The notes below the pieces were generated by a model, which saw only the letters and a list, made by a program, of their open reading frames with translations, was not told the DNA's origin and ran no database searches. Both the position numbers and the translations under genes were made by a program. From a virus: DNA of 64,000 bases. Positions 1-9,138 of this stretch are shown piece after piece (positions within the stretch are counted from its first letter, which is position 1; every line of letters begins with the position of its first letter). The stretch lies in the IMG/VR virus record IMGVR_UViG_3300020193_000004, positions 32,001-96,000 of that record; one strand, written 5' to 3'.

Positions 1-143
1 TGCAGCGGGTAGAGATCCCGGACGGGCAGGAGCTCGCCACGGCCGCCATGATGCAGGACCTCCTCGGCCCAGACGTCCGGATGCGCCTGTCGTACATCGA
101 GACGGCCAGCGAGGACATCGAAACGCTCGACCTTCACCTGTGA
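1..143 (+). CDS. hypothetical protein, 5'-truncated by window edge
   Basis: Open frame from position 3 to TGA at 141-143 with GC3-rich codons, ending 7 nt before next ATG. Confidence 0.55.
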   Translation, partial: QRVEIPDGQELATAAMMQDLLGPDVRMRLSYIETASEDIETLDLHL

Positions 144-150
144 GGCGCTG

Positions 151-786
151 ATGAAAGACTTCACCTACGAGACCAAGTACACGCCCGCTCGCGCCGACGG
201 AGAGACGGCCAAGGCGACCATCTCGATCGAGGGGCCCGGTACCGCCGATCTCATCCGCGTACTGGAGGGCACGGCGGTCGAGATCATGGATGGGCAGGTG
301 GCCACAGGGCGTGAGATCATCGACTTTCTGACCACCTTCAACGGCGGGCACAGCCGAGTCGAGAACGACGCCATGCTGCTGCAGGCCCTGGACGGCAGCT
401 GGCTGCTGAAGCTCGACGAGCTCTACACGCTCGCCACCTTTGGCACCATCACTGCCGGCGAGGAAACCTTCAACTTCGCCGACGCGCTGCTGGCCTGGCG
501 GAGGGCGCACCGCCAGCAGGACCCTCGGCGGAAGGGTCCACGCTACCCCTACACCCACGCCTACGACCTCGTCCGGATGCTCGGTCCGCAGGAGCAGACC
601 ACAGAGACCCTATTCGGCACCCCCCTGCTCTCTCGTACCCACGCAGCGCTGCTGGTGAAGGCCCTCGCCCCGGCGCTGCGTGTGGAGGCGCACGAGCTCG
701 CCGAGATGCTCGCCGACTACTACCTGGCCCACGAGGAGGAGCTGGTAGAGCTGTCAGTGCGCAGGATCACCGGCAGTACGCCGTAG
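151..786 (+). CDS. hypothetical phage protein (211 aa)
   Basis: ORF track; GAGG upstream; tightly packed with neighbours. Confidence 0.7.
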   Translation: MKDFTYETKYTPARADGETAKATISIEGPGTADLIRVLEGTAVEIMDGQVATGREIIDFLTTFNGGHSRVENDAMLLQALDGSWLLKLDELYTLATFGTITAGEETFNFADALLAWRRAHRQQDPRRKGPRYPYTHAYDLVRMLGPQEQTTETLFGTPLLSRTHAALLVKALAPALRVEAHELAEMLADYYLAHEEELVELSVRRITGSTP

Positions 787-789
787 CGC

Positions 790-1317
790 ATGGCGCGGCG
801 CCCCTACAAGGGAGGCGGGTACTCGTCGAGTTGGATTCGCCCAACCACGAGGCTCGCCCTTTACCTGCGCGACGGCCTGTGCTGCGTCTACTGCCTCCAG
901 GACTGGTCGGTGAACGGGCTCACCCTCGACCATGTCGTGGACCGGACCGATGGTGGCAACAACGACCCCACGAACCTGGTGAGCTCCTGCATGCGGTGCA
1001 ACGCGCTGAAGCGTCAGCGTGGCTGGCAGGGTTTCGCAGAAGCTCTGGACATAAGTCCCTCGTGGCTGAAGCGCCGCATTCAGGAGCAGGCGACGCCACT
1101 GACCACGCACCTCCGCCGGCGTGCCAGGCACCTGCGGAAGTTCCGACCCCCGTGGCTCAAGGAACTCCTCGAGCTCAACAAGAACTGGAGCCCACAGCAG
1201 CCGCTGTTCGACCTGCCGAAGAAGATCGTGCCGATGGTGCACGTCGAGCAGCCGCCGGAAGAAGACGAGGTGGACCCGCTTCCAGCGGTTCCAGATGACT
1301 CCGAGATCCCTTTCTAA
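790..1317 (+). CDS. HNH endonuclease (McrA-like, with CxxC Zn sites)
   Basis: RDGLCCVYC...LTLDHVV...GGNNDPTNLVSSCMRCNALK is a canonical HNH motif; acidic tail ending DDSEIPF. Confidence 0.9.
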   Translation: MARRPYKGGGYSSSWIRPTTRLALYLRDGLCCVYCLQDWSVNGLTLDHVVDRTDGGNNDPTNLVSSCMRCNALKRQRGWQGFAEALDISPSWLKRRIQEQATPLTTHLRRRARHLRKFRPPWLKELLELNKNWSPQQPLFDLPKKIVPMVHVEQPPEEDEVDPLPAVPDDSEIPF

Positions 1318-1329
1318 GGACATGACCGC

Positions 1330-2247
1330 ATGGACAAGCCGATCGAGACCATCCAGGTCCAGGGCCTGGTCGCGAAGATCTACCAGGACACGCACGCCGA
1401 GGACCCCGAGACCCTGACCGACGCCCCGGTGTGGTTGGCGCACTACCACCGCGACTTCCAGCACGCGCCGAAGGAGCTCCCCTTCCGGGACGGTCCGGGC
1501 TTCGTCGAGTGGTACAGGGGCTACAACGGAGAGGAGAGGGAGGATGACGAGTGGGACAGCCCCGTCCCCGAGTTCAAGTCCCTCTACTTGCACCGGCGGA
1601 AGCAGGAAATGCAGGACCAATGGGCCGTCTTCATCGTCCGCGCGTACATCCACGGCGGCGTGAGCCTCGCGCTGGAGGGCAGTCTGGCCCACGCGCGCAT
1701 GCCAGACCAGCAGTGGGACGTGAGCCGCTGCGGCGTCTTGCTCATCGACAAGGCGAAGTGGCGTGAGCGCATGGGATGCCCTCCGGCGCCAGTAAGCGGC
1801 GAGACCGAGAACGCCGCCTACTGGCGTGAGATCGCCGAGGCCCACATCCAGGAGTGGAACCAGTACCTGGGTGGCGAGGTGTACGGGTACCGCGTCGTCG
1901 AGGGCGAGGACGATGACAACGAAGTCGACAGCTGCTGGGGCTACTACGGCATCGAGGCCGTACGGGAGGCAGCGAAGGAGGCCGCCGAGGCGTGCTTCGA
2001 GAAAATGAAGCGCGATGGCGAGGAGTTCGACAGGTTCTGCGATTCCCTTGACCAGGACACCCTCATCGAACTCGTACTTGACGTGAAGCTGGACGAAGCC
2101 GCAGCCATCAACAACGCCGCCAAGGGTGTGCAGGTGGACTACCTGCTGAAGAATGGCTTCACGAAAGAGCTGCTCCTGGCGAAGGCGCGGGGGCCCGAAG
2201 AGGGCAACCTCAGCGACTTTGTGGCGCGCGGTGCGCGCCATGGATGA
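1330..2247 (+). CDS. conserved phage/mobile-element hypothetical protein (305 aa)
   Basis: YIHGGVSL...WD..., WNQYLGGEVYGY...DSCWGYYG motifs recall a widespread uncharacterised MGE family; AAGGA RBS. Confidence 0.7.
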   Translation: MDKPIETIQVQGLVAKIYQDTHAEDPETLTDAPVWLAHYHRDFQHAPKELPFRDGPGFVEWYRGYNGEEREDDEWDSPVPEFKSLYLHRRKQEMQDQWAVFIVRAYIHGGVSLALEGSLAHARMPDQQWDVSRCGVLLIDKAKWRERMGCPPAPVSGETENAAYWREIAEAHIQEWNQYLGGEVYGYRVVEGEDDDNEVDSCWGYYGIEAVREAAKEAAEACFEKMKRDGEEFDRFCDSLDQDTLIELVLDVKLDEAAAINNAAKGVQVDYLLKNGFTKELLLAKARGPEEGNLSDFVARGARHG

Positions 2248-2494
2248 GGGCCTCGAAGAGTTCGGCGAGTACACCCTCCGTGACAGGGGCGCAGTGGACA
2301 TCGTGGACGTCGGCCAGTTCGCGAACGAACTCCGTAAGCTGGACCCCGCGGAAGCCGGACGTCGCCTGAAAGCGCTGCACGGCAAGGGAGAGCTTTACTC
2401 CAAGGTCGCCAACGCGATCCTCGGGCAGCTCGACGATATGCCACTGGAATGGTGGGGAGACTGCATCGCCGCAAGCCCCCACGTGGAGTACTGA
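2240..2494 (+). CDS. hypothetical protein (start MDEGLEEF)
   Basis: Start overlaps stop of upstream gene; sub-ORF of track 2153..2494. Confidence 0.6.
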   Translation: MDEGLEEFGEYTLRDRGAVDIVDVGQFANELRKLDPAEAGRRLKALHGKGELYSKVANAILGQLDDMPLEWWGDCIAASPHVEY

Positions 2495-2495
2495 C

Positions 2496-2897
2496 ATGGA
2501 CGGCATCAGGAACATGCTCGACCTGTCGACGGCGCACATGCCGTACAACCCGGACGAGCAGGAGCGGTACGTGGTCGAGCGCGACCCGCTGCGCGGGCTG
2601 GTCATGCCTTCGATCTACGACAGGGTCACGAGGGAGAACAGCGAGCGGTGGCTCGACGTGAAGGCGTGCTTGCGCCACCGTACGAAGCTGAACCGGAAGG
2701 AGCGCTTCTGGGGCAGCCTCCGCGTGGCGAAGCACGAGCACGGCTGGATCGTGTTCGTGCCCGGCCGGGAACACGCCGAGACCGTTCCCGAGTGGGCGCA
2801 GCCGCTCATCAAGTACGCCCTCGAGCACGACTGCATCGTCGTCAACTTCGACAGGGACGCCGACGCGGTGGACCGTCTGCCGAAGTGGGAGTGGTAA
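2496..2897 (+). CDS. DUF5983-like hypothetical protein
   Basis: LDLSTAH...GWIVFV...FDRDAD...LPKWEW pattern; GGAG RBS. Confidence 0.6.
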   Translation: MDGIRNMLDLSTAHMPYNPDEQERYVVERDPLRGLVMPSIYDRVTRENSERWLDVKACLRHRTKLNRKERFWGSLRVAKHEHGWIVFVPGREHAETVPEWAQPLIKYALEHDCIVVNFDRDADAVDRLPKWEW

Positions 2898-2900
2898 GAC

Positions 2901-3170
2901 TCAGGGCTGGGTAGCCGTGTCTTCCTCGACGGCGGGAGCAATGGCTGCCCTGGGGCGCTTGGCGAAGTGCTCGCCGACGTTCGTCCCCGAGAACGTCGCG
3001 AGGATGCCTGTGAGCGCCATCAGCAGGGAGTCGAGCTCGTTCTCCGACATCCCCCCGTCGACGAAGGCCGCCACCCCGAGGAGGACGAGGACGATCAGCG
3101 CCTGCGCGTAGGCGATGCCCTTGCGCCCTTCAGGAGAACCGAGGAGTCGGCCGATGTTGATGGAACCCAT
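2901..3170 (-). CDS. two-TM membrane protein, holin-like
   Basis: Two hydrophobic helices (IAYAQALIVLVLLGVAAFV; LLMALTGILATFSG) and charged C-terminus; start taken at MGSINIG. Confidence 0.5.
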   Translation of the reverse strand: MGSINIGRLLGSPEGRKGIAYAQALIVLVLLGVAAFVDGGMSENELDSLLMALTGILATFSGTNVGEHFAKRPRAAIAPAVEEDTATQP

Positions 3171-3225
3171 GGGAGCATCGTAGCCGATGCAGTCCCCCGA
3201 AGCACACAACAACCAGGAGTACGTG

Positions 3226-3453
3226 ATGCACAACAAAGAGGACCAGGTCGAGTTGCTGCGGCGCGCCGCGGGCCAACTCGGCTACACGCTCACCAAGAAG
3301 CCGACCGGGCGGACGAAGGAAAAGCGCGAACAAGAGCTGCACGTGATGTGCAAGCTCTGCCAGAACTCGGTCCCGGCGAAGACCGCGCACCTGCACCAGG
3401 GAACCTGGGTCGGGGAGTGCTGCTGGGACGAACGACTGAAGAGCACGGAGTAG
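3226..3453 (+). CDS. small Cys-rich (zinc-finger-like) protein
   Basis: CKLC...ECCW; GGAG RBS at ~3216. Confidence 0.6.
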   Translation: MHNKEDQVELLRRAAGQLGYTLTKKPTGRTKEKREQELHVMCKLCQNSVPAKTAHLHQGTWVGECCWDERLKSTE

Positions 3454-3545
3454 TCGATGAACGAGACGAAATGCGCCTTCCTGCTCGAAGGACTGAAGCA
3501 CCTCGAACTTTGGACCGACGCGAAAACTCCTCAAGGCGCGCAGTG

Positions 3546-3911
3546 ATGCGGCGACAGCTATCGGAGCGACAGGTCCTCGTACTCTGCAGAGAGGACGAGG
3601 TCATCGCTGGCATGGGCGATACGTGCACCATCTTTGAGCTGCCCGGGACTCCGCAGGGGATCCAGCTGTGGGGCATTCGACTCAAACGACTCCTCCTCCC
3701 GCTCGAGGCGGGTGTCCTCGTGGCGGGGGAGTCCGGCCTGTCGCTCCGCCTGGAACGCGTCGGCAGAGGCGGCGGAGAGCTGGTGGCGAAGAACCTCACG
3801 TTCGTCAGCTCCGCCTTCGGGTTCATCGTCGATGGGCACAACACGGCGATCTACGAGCAGGTCAACTTCCAGACCGGGACGGAGCCAGCCATCCTCCTCG
3901 CGGAGACGTGA
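3546..3911 (+). CDS. hypothetical protein (121 aa)
   Basis: C-terminal part of track ORF 2967..3911 from ATG 3546; stop overlaps next ATG (TGATG). Confidence 0.55.
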   Translation: MRRQLSERQVLVLCREDEVIAGMGDTCTIFELPGTPQGIQLWGIRLKRLLLPLEAGVLVAGESGLSLRLERVGRGGGELVAKNLTFVSSAFGFIVDGHNTAIYEQVNFQTGTEPAILLAET

Positions 3912-4243
3912 TGCACGAGGACTACAGGAGCTTCGACGAGATGAGCGAGCTGGAGCTGGTCACGTACATCGACCGGGTTCTCGGATGGACCTGCAGCGAG
4001 ATGTCCTACGACGAGCTCCGCAACCTGGCCTTAGAGGGCTACGCCGAGCGCCTCGGCGGGCTCGACATGCACAGGAGCGAGCTCATGCAGTTCGGGGACG
4101 GGGGCTACCCGTACCTCTACGTCTCGCAGGCGGACGGGGGCGACAGCCTCTGCCACGTTTGTGCCACGAAGGAGCTCAAGAAGGGCGCGACCGTGGCCTG
4201 GTGCCACCACATGGAAGGGGAAGACGAGTACTGCACGGACTGA
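3911..4243 (+). CDS. small Zn-binding hypothetical protein; TGA falls where a fourth Cys is expected
   Basis: GGYPYLY...LCHVC...YCTD-TGA-GAVI; GGAG RBS and TGATG coupling. Confidence 0.55.
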   Translation: MHEDYRSFDEMSELELVTYIDRVLGWTCSEMSYDELRNLALEGYAERLGGLDMHRSELMQFGDGGYPYLYVSQADGGDSLCHVCATKELKKGATVAWCHHMEGEDEYCTD

Positions 4244-4446
4244 GGTGCCGTCATCCACCCATTCGTACGGAGTGCTGATGTTCGCAGTTAACCTGTTCGC
4301 TGGGGACGGTAACGCATCCAAGGGTATCCGGAGGGCGATCGTCTATGCGAATGCCTGCACTGGCCTTGCCAGGCGCAGGACGAGTAGACCTGAGATGGAT
4401 GCGGACATCGAGGCACCCCTCCCTCACCGGGGGCGTGCTCTTAGAC

Positions 4447-4683
4447 CTACTCCTTAGAACCGAGCGGGGCGCGCTGGGCGGCGTCGAGCTTCTCGAGCGC
4501 CTTGCGCGCGTCGTCGATGGCCTGCTGTGCCGCGGGAGGAGCGGGCACCGCCGCTGGGCATGCCGGGCACGGCGGGCACGTGGTCGGGTCCTGCGCGTGC
4601 GCCTGCGACATCTGGGAGCCGAAGCCGAGACCGAAGAGGAAGGTCACGACGATCAGGGAGAAGCTGGCGGGAGTGAGTCGCAT
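4447..4683 (-). CDS. small secreted Pro/Cys-rich protein
   Basis: Signal-peptide-like N-terminus ending AHA-Q, then CPPCPACP; TGATG coupling to upstream gene. Confidence 0.55.
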   Translation of the reverse strand: MRLTPASFSLIVVTFLFGLGFGSQMSQAHAQDPTTCPPCPACPAAVPAPPAAQQAIDDARKALEKLDAAQRAPLGSKE

Positions 4684-4913
4684 CACGGACCTCCGGGGGT
4701 AGGCGTAGGTGAAGAGATGGCGGAGCACGATTCGAGAGCGACGCGGCAGGCTGCGATGGCCTCGTCGGTCATCTCGAGTCGAGCGGTCTTGTCCGCCAGC
4801 TCGACCTGGCACTGGACGGCCTCTGGGGTCGTGATCTTCAGGTACCCGGCGAGCGCCAGGGCGATCATTCCGATCGCACCGAGACCAGCAGAGGCATAGC
4901 GGGAGTTCGGCAT
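4683..4913 (-). CDS. small membrane-anchored coiled-coil protein
   Basis: N-terminal TM (AGLGAIGMIALALAGYL) followed by helical segment with 3 Cys. Confidence 0.55.
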   Translation of the reverse strand: MPNSRYASAGLGAIGMIALALAGYLKITTPEAVQCQVELADKTARLEMTDEAIAACRVALESCSAISSPTPTPGGP

Positions 4914-4927
4914 GGGCTTCCTGTGAA

Positions 4928-5176
4928 CTATGGGACAGGGACGCCATTCGCCCGCAAGATTGCGGGCATGGCAGCCTCTCCCCAGGCCTTGAAGAACGCA
5001 GCGACATCCTCGGCAATCTCGCCAGCGGTGACCTTCTCCCCGCCCGGGCTGTCCGGGTCGTGGTTGTCCGCCCCCGACTCAATGCTTGCGCGCACCCCCT
5101 TGGGGATGGCAGCCAAGAGCTGGATGACCGGGATGGAGATGTTGGCGCGGCCGATCCGGACATGTTTGTTCTTCAT
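4928..5176 (-). CDS. hypothetical protein (start MKNKHVR)
   Basis: Co-oriented with two downstream small genes; DSPGGEKVT motif. Confidence 0.5.
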   Translation of the reverse strand: MKNKHVRIGRANISIPVIQLLAAIPKGVRASIESGADNHDPDSPGGEKVTAGEIAEDVAAFFKAWGEAAMPAILRANGVPVP

Positions 5177-5297
5177 GCGAGGGACGGTAGCATATCTACG
5201 GGGATTTCTGGTGAAGCGCGTGCCGAGTTTCATCCTAAGTGTGCGCTGGCTCTTAGCGGTAATCAGTTACAGATCTCGGCCCGCGAGACTGCTGCCT

Positions 5298-5849
5298 ATG
5301 AAAATCACAACGGTTAGCATGAAGCCGGAGTTCATAGTGTTGCAACCTTCAGTGCCACCGGACCGAGTCCTCGACTGGGCCCAGATCCTCCAGGAGGGGC
5401 TGACTGCCTTGCCCGCGCGCGGGCTCTACGTCGTCGTACGCGGGGTGGAGGTTCTCTACGTCGGCAGGTCTCGCGTCCTGCCGCAGCGTGTCGGCGAGCT
5501 AATCGGCAGCCTGCTCAGCGGGAGAGGCAACCACGCTGCCGGGGCCGTCATGTGCACCGCGGGGGTGGTCGCCGGCGACCTGCGCCTGGTGTTCTACTTC
5601 GGCGCCGAAGCGTACCGGCGCGAACCCGAGGTGGTTGTCGCCCTCCGGCCTCGCTTCAACACCAAGTACCGTCGCGACACGAGGGGCAGGTGGCACACCA
5701 GCGCACCACCCGCGCCTCCGGGGATGTCTCCTGCAGCGCAGCTCCTCGTGGAAGTATTGGGCAGGAATCCGCGGAAGGAGCCCCATCCGGCAGTCCAGGA
5801 TGAGCCGCGGGATGCCTACGAGATCCTCGAGCGGATCCTCGGGGGATAG
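5298..5849 (+). CDS. GIY-YIG nuclease-like protein
   Basis: GLYVV...VLYVGRS..L.QRV...E......LRPRFN matches the GIY-YIG fold pattern. Confidence 0.65.
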   Translation: MKITTVSMKPEFIVLQPSVPPDRVLDWAQILQEGLTALPARGLYVVVRGVEVLYVGRSRVLPQRVGELIGSLLSGRGNHAAGAVMCTAGVVAGDLRLVFYFGAEAYRREPEVVVALRPRFNTKYRRDTRGRWHTSAPPAPPGMSPAAQLLVEVLGRNPRKEPHPAVQDEPRDAYEILERILGG

Positions 5850-5941
5850 TAGCGCGCAGCCCACGTGCGAGAGACATGAGCATCCGCAGCTCTGGCGGAG
5901 TAGTATAGACCTTGTTCACACTGCGCACCCGCAGGAGCACC

Positions 5942-6310
5942 ATGGCTCGCCGAGTCAAGACCAGCACTATCAAGTCGGGGAACACGGCGAACGACCGTCG
6001 CGTTCTTGTGAGCGTCTCGACGACGGGCACAGCCCCCGCCGCAGCCACCGAGGGGTACATCCTCCAGCAGAACGAGTACGTGCACGTGCTCTTCGGCGTA
6101 GGAGGCACGAGCCCTGTGTTCCGTGTCCGCCTCTACTGGTACTTCGACGTCTCCGGGAAGTGGCACAAGGGGCACCAGGTCGTCGTGAACGGGGACGACT
6201 GCATGCTCATCGAGGCACAGGGCGCACAGCGGCTGGCCCTCGTCGTCGAAGGCGTCTCCGGGACCAGCCCCACGCTCAACGCTTGGGTCGCCCTGGCAAG
6301 GCCCGTCTGA
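5942..6310 (+). CDS. putative virion structural protein (beta-rich, 122 aa)
   Basis: AGGAG RBS; beta-strand rich; first of three coupled genes. Confidence 0.55.
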   Translation: MARRVKTSTIKSGNTANDRRVLVSVSTTGTAPAAATEGYILQQNEYVHVLFGVGGTSPVFRVRLYWYFDVSGKWHKGHQVVVNGDDCMLIEAQGAQRLALVVEGVSGTSPTLNAWVALARPV

Positions 6311-6873
6311 TGGGCCAGCGCATCATCACCCACCGTGGTCCGAACGAGACCCTGGCCCCGGCGCTTCAGGATCTTACAGAGCTCGCGCTCTACTCAACGG
6401 CCGACACCGACGACAAGCAGGGGGTCTACGTCGAGGACGAGAACTCCCTCTACTTCTACGACCTCCAGTCCGCGCTCGCCGAGAGCCTACCGGACATCGT
6501 TGCCCCGACTGGTGGGGTCGGGCGCTGGATCCGACACGGCTACCTCGCTGGTGGGAGCCCGTCGGAACTATACCGGCGGAAATGGTGGCAGCCGCAGGTC
6601 CTCGACACTGGTGACGACGTCGTCATCGAGGAGGACAACGAGCTCATCATCAGCACGCTCGATGTCGACGACGGGACCTTCACCGTCGATGGGCAGCTGA
6701 TCATCTACAGCAACGGCACCGGGACGTGGCGCTCCAGGTTCTCACAGCCTATGTACATCGGCCCCGACGAGGGCCACGCCATCCCGCGCGGGGACCATCT
6801 CCTCGTGGTCGGTGAGTTCACCGTCGACGGCAGCCTCGACGTGCGGGGCGACCTCTTCTTCCTAACCGTGTAA
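6310..6873 (+). CDS. putative virion appendage protein with duplicated beta motif
   Basis: TGATG coupling; two FTVDGxL-type repeats at C-terminus. Confidence 0.55.
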   Translation: MGQRIITHRGPNETLAPALQDLTELALYSTADTDDKQGVYVEDENSLYFYDLQSALAESLPDIVAPTGGVGRWIRHGYLAGGSPSELYRRKWWQPQVLDTGDDVVIEEDNELIISTLDVDDGTFTVDGQLIIYSNGTGTWRSRFSQPMYIGPDEGHAIPRGDHLLVVGEFTVDGSLDVRGDLFFLTV

Positions 6874-6895
6874 ACTTTCACGCTTCGGAGACCCC

Positions 6896-8416
6896 ATGCC
6901 CGGCTCGATTATCACTGACAACCTCAAGATGCGCCAGGGCGCCGCGGCCGCCACGCCCGCAGTGGGCCAGATCGCCCTCTACTGGAAGACCGGAGACGAG
7001 ACCCCGTACATCAAGGACTCGGGCGGAGTGGAATACGCCGTCCTCCTCGCCAGCGTGCCCACCGACGATCTGGTCATCGTCGACAACCAGGCGGGCGCGT
7101 GGGGCGTTCGGGAGGGCACCAACGACTACCTCCGAATCCGGACCTCCAACGGCGCTGAGATCATGACCTTGGGCGCCGACCCTGTGACGGTGACCACGGC
7201 GCAGCTGCACACGCGCGGCGGGCTCGGTGGGTGGGTCGCAACCAGCACAGGCGGGATGACCCTGGACGCGGTGGCTGCGCTGGAGCTGAACTCCAGTACC
7301 GGCGCCATCAACATCGCTAACGACGCGGTGAATCAAGCCGTCAACATCGCTACGGCAGGTACACGTACCGTCACGGTGGGCAACTCCACAGCCACACTCG
7401 TTACCACCGGTGCCTCTCACACCTGGAACATCAAGGACAACGTCGCTGCTCCCCTGACGATCAAGCAAGGAACGGACAACTACCTCGCCCTCAATACCAC
7501 CGATGGGACCGAGGCGATCAGCTTCGGTAACGCCGTCACGAATCCTGATTTCTTCTTCCTGGGGACCGGACCGACGGACTTTGCTGGGCCGGTCGATGTT
7601 AATGGCGCATTCACGCTCACCGGGAGTGCCTCCTACTCTCAGACTGCCGGCAACTTCACCTACAACGCCACGACGAACGACTACATCGTCAATGCGTCGT
7701 CAGCAGCCTTCGCGATCGCCAACAACAACGCAGCTGCTTGGGAAGTGAAGAAGACCCTCACCAACGACAGCTACATCAAGGTCAGCACCCTGAGTGGGTC
7801 AGAGAGGATCACGCTCGGCTCGTACAACGTCCACGTGGCGCAGGGCCTATACGTGGATGGAACGGCGTACGTGAAACTTGGTGTCGCCTCTGGCGTGGAG
7901 GCATACATCGGTGGATACGTCTACGCCAACGACGATGTCTCCTCCCTCGTGCAGAACACCGCGGTTGAGACAGCCTTCAACAAGCAGTGCCCGCAGTTCC
8001 CGGCCAACACCTTCGTCCCGGGTCGGAAGCTGAAGATCCGTGCGGCGGGCACGGTCGTCGACACCAACGGCAACGACGGCAATCAGCAAGTCACCCTGCG
8101 CATCAAGCTGCTCGAAGGGGCGGGCCCGACGCACGCCGTTCTCTTCACGCTCCAGTTCAACGCCAACGCCAACAACGTCTGGAGTATCGACTACTGCGGC
8201 CACGTGCTCAGCACCGGTACCGCCGGGACGCGCACGCTACGCCAGCTCATGGAGGCCGGGGCCGGGGCGTCTCCGGTGGCGAGGACCGCGGTGCAGAATG
8301 CCTCCCCGACGTTCGCCGCCGACCAGCCGGAGACCTTGCAGATCACGGCACAGTGGCAGAACCAGCACGTGGACAACAAGGTGCGCCTGGACTTCCTCGA
8401 GGTTGAGCTCGGATAG
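6896..8416 (+). CDS. putative tail/head fibre protein (506 aa)
   Basis: G/T/A/N-rich; three internal ~30-aa repeats (DNxAxAW/L...TNDY...GxExIxLG); C-terminal beta-sandwich-like knob. Confidence 0.6.
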   Translation: MPGSIITDNLKMRQGAAAATPAVGQIALYWKTGDETPYIKDSGGVEYAVLLASVPTDDLVIVDNQAGAWGVREGTNDYLRIRTSNGAEIMTLGADPVTVTTAQLHTRGGLGGWVATSTGGMTLDAVAALELNSSTGAINIANDAVNQAVNIATAGTRTVTVGNSTATLVTTGASHTWNIKDNVAAPLTIKQGTDNYLALNTTDGTEAISFGNAVTNPDFFFLGTGPTDFAGPVDVNGAFTLTGSASYSQTAGNFTYNATTNDYIVNASSAAFAIANNNAAAWEVKKTLTNDSYIKVSTLSGSERITLGSYNVHVAQGLYVDGTAYVKLGVASGVEAYIGGYVYANDDVSSLVQNTAVETAFNKQCPQFPANTFVPGRKLKIRAAGTVVDTNGNDGNQQVTLRIKLLEGAGPTHAVLFTLQFNANANNVWSIDYCGHVLSTGTAGTRTLRQLMEAGAGASPVARTAVQNASPTFAADQPETLQITAQWQNQHVDNKVRLDFLEVELG

Positions 8417-8467
8417 TTTCGAATCGAGAGGATCGCCTATTGACGGTGCCCGTGTTAGCACGCGCGT

Positions 8468-8857
8468 ATGCTGCTGCGTGCACGCGTCATCGCAGAGGTC
8501 GAGACCCGGGAGCTCTCGCTGTTCGCCAAGAGGCGCATCGACGCCGCGCTCAAGACATTGGAGCAGGAGTTGGGCCAGCTGGACGTGGGAGACCTGACCC
8601 CGCCCCAGCTGGCCCAAGTCGTCTACGTACCGGGCGACGATGCGCGCTACATCGTGATCGGTGACTGGGCTGACGGGACTGTGGACGTCGTGCGCGAGTT
8701 CGGATCCTTCCCTGCGGACTGCCTCGTCGGCTGGCGGCCAGGTCAGTCCATCGAGGCCTACGCGACCGAGCTCGCCGCCGAACCTGTACCGGAGCCCACA
8801 GATGAGCACCGACGAACGCCCCGTTCTCTCCTCACCACAGCTTCAACTTCGCGCTGA
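8468..8857 (+). CDS. hypothetical protein
   Basis: ORF track, GC3-rich codons. Confidence 0.5.
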   Translation: MLLRARVIAEVETRELSLFAKRRIDAALKTLEQELGQLDVGDLTPPQLAQVVYVPGDDARYIVIGDWADGTVDVVREFGSFPADCLVGWRPGQSIEAYATELAAEPVPEPTDEHRRTPRSLLTTASTSR

Positions 8858-9086
8858 CCTCGAGACCCGCCTCCTCGCGCTCCCGTATGTGGACTTCGTC
8901 TCGATCGGGTTTCTGAGCGAGGCACCGGGCGCACTGCTGGTCAGCATCGGTACCACGCGCCCCGACATCCTACAGGCCCTGGCCCGGGACATGGTCACCA
9001 CGCTCATGGAGCGCCTCTATGAGCACGACGAAGACATGGCCTGGAACCCGGACATCCACATCCTCAAGGGGCGCATCCGGAGCTGA
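8802..9086 (+). CDS. hypothetical protein (start MSTDERPV)
   Basis: GGAG RBS at 8791; sub-ORF of 8661..9086. Confidence 0.5.
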   Translation: MSTDERPVLSSPQLQLRADLETRLLALPYVDFVSIGFLSEAPGALLVSIGTTRPDILQALARDMVTTLMERLYEHDEDMAWNPDIHILKGRIRS

Positions 9087-9119
9087 TGTACTCACATCTT
9101 CCTTGACGATGTGAGTACA
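9087..9119. promoter_or_regulatory. perfect 12-bp inverted repeat enclosing a TTGAC -35-like box (operator/parS-like candidate)
   Basis: TGTACTCACATC-N9-GATGTGAGTACA in the intergenic gap upstream of the gene run ending in the ParB-like gene. Confidence 0.55.
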
Positions 9120-9138
9120 CATGAAGTAGAGGTTGCCC

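Noticed and set aside
754-2385. Long antisense ORFs in the track (also 22339-24237, 26330-28159, 38853-40688, 40619-42805, 42610-44478, 46816-48432)
   Set aside because: Shadow frames of high-GC genes on the opposite strand; no motifs or RBS.
8440-8472. sigma70 promoter TTGACG...TATGCT
   Set aside because: Spacing of 21 nt is too long and the -10 box overlaps the start codon.
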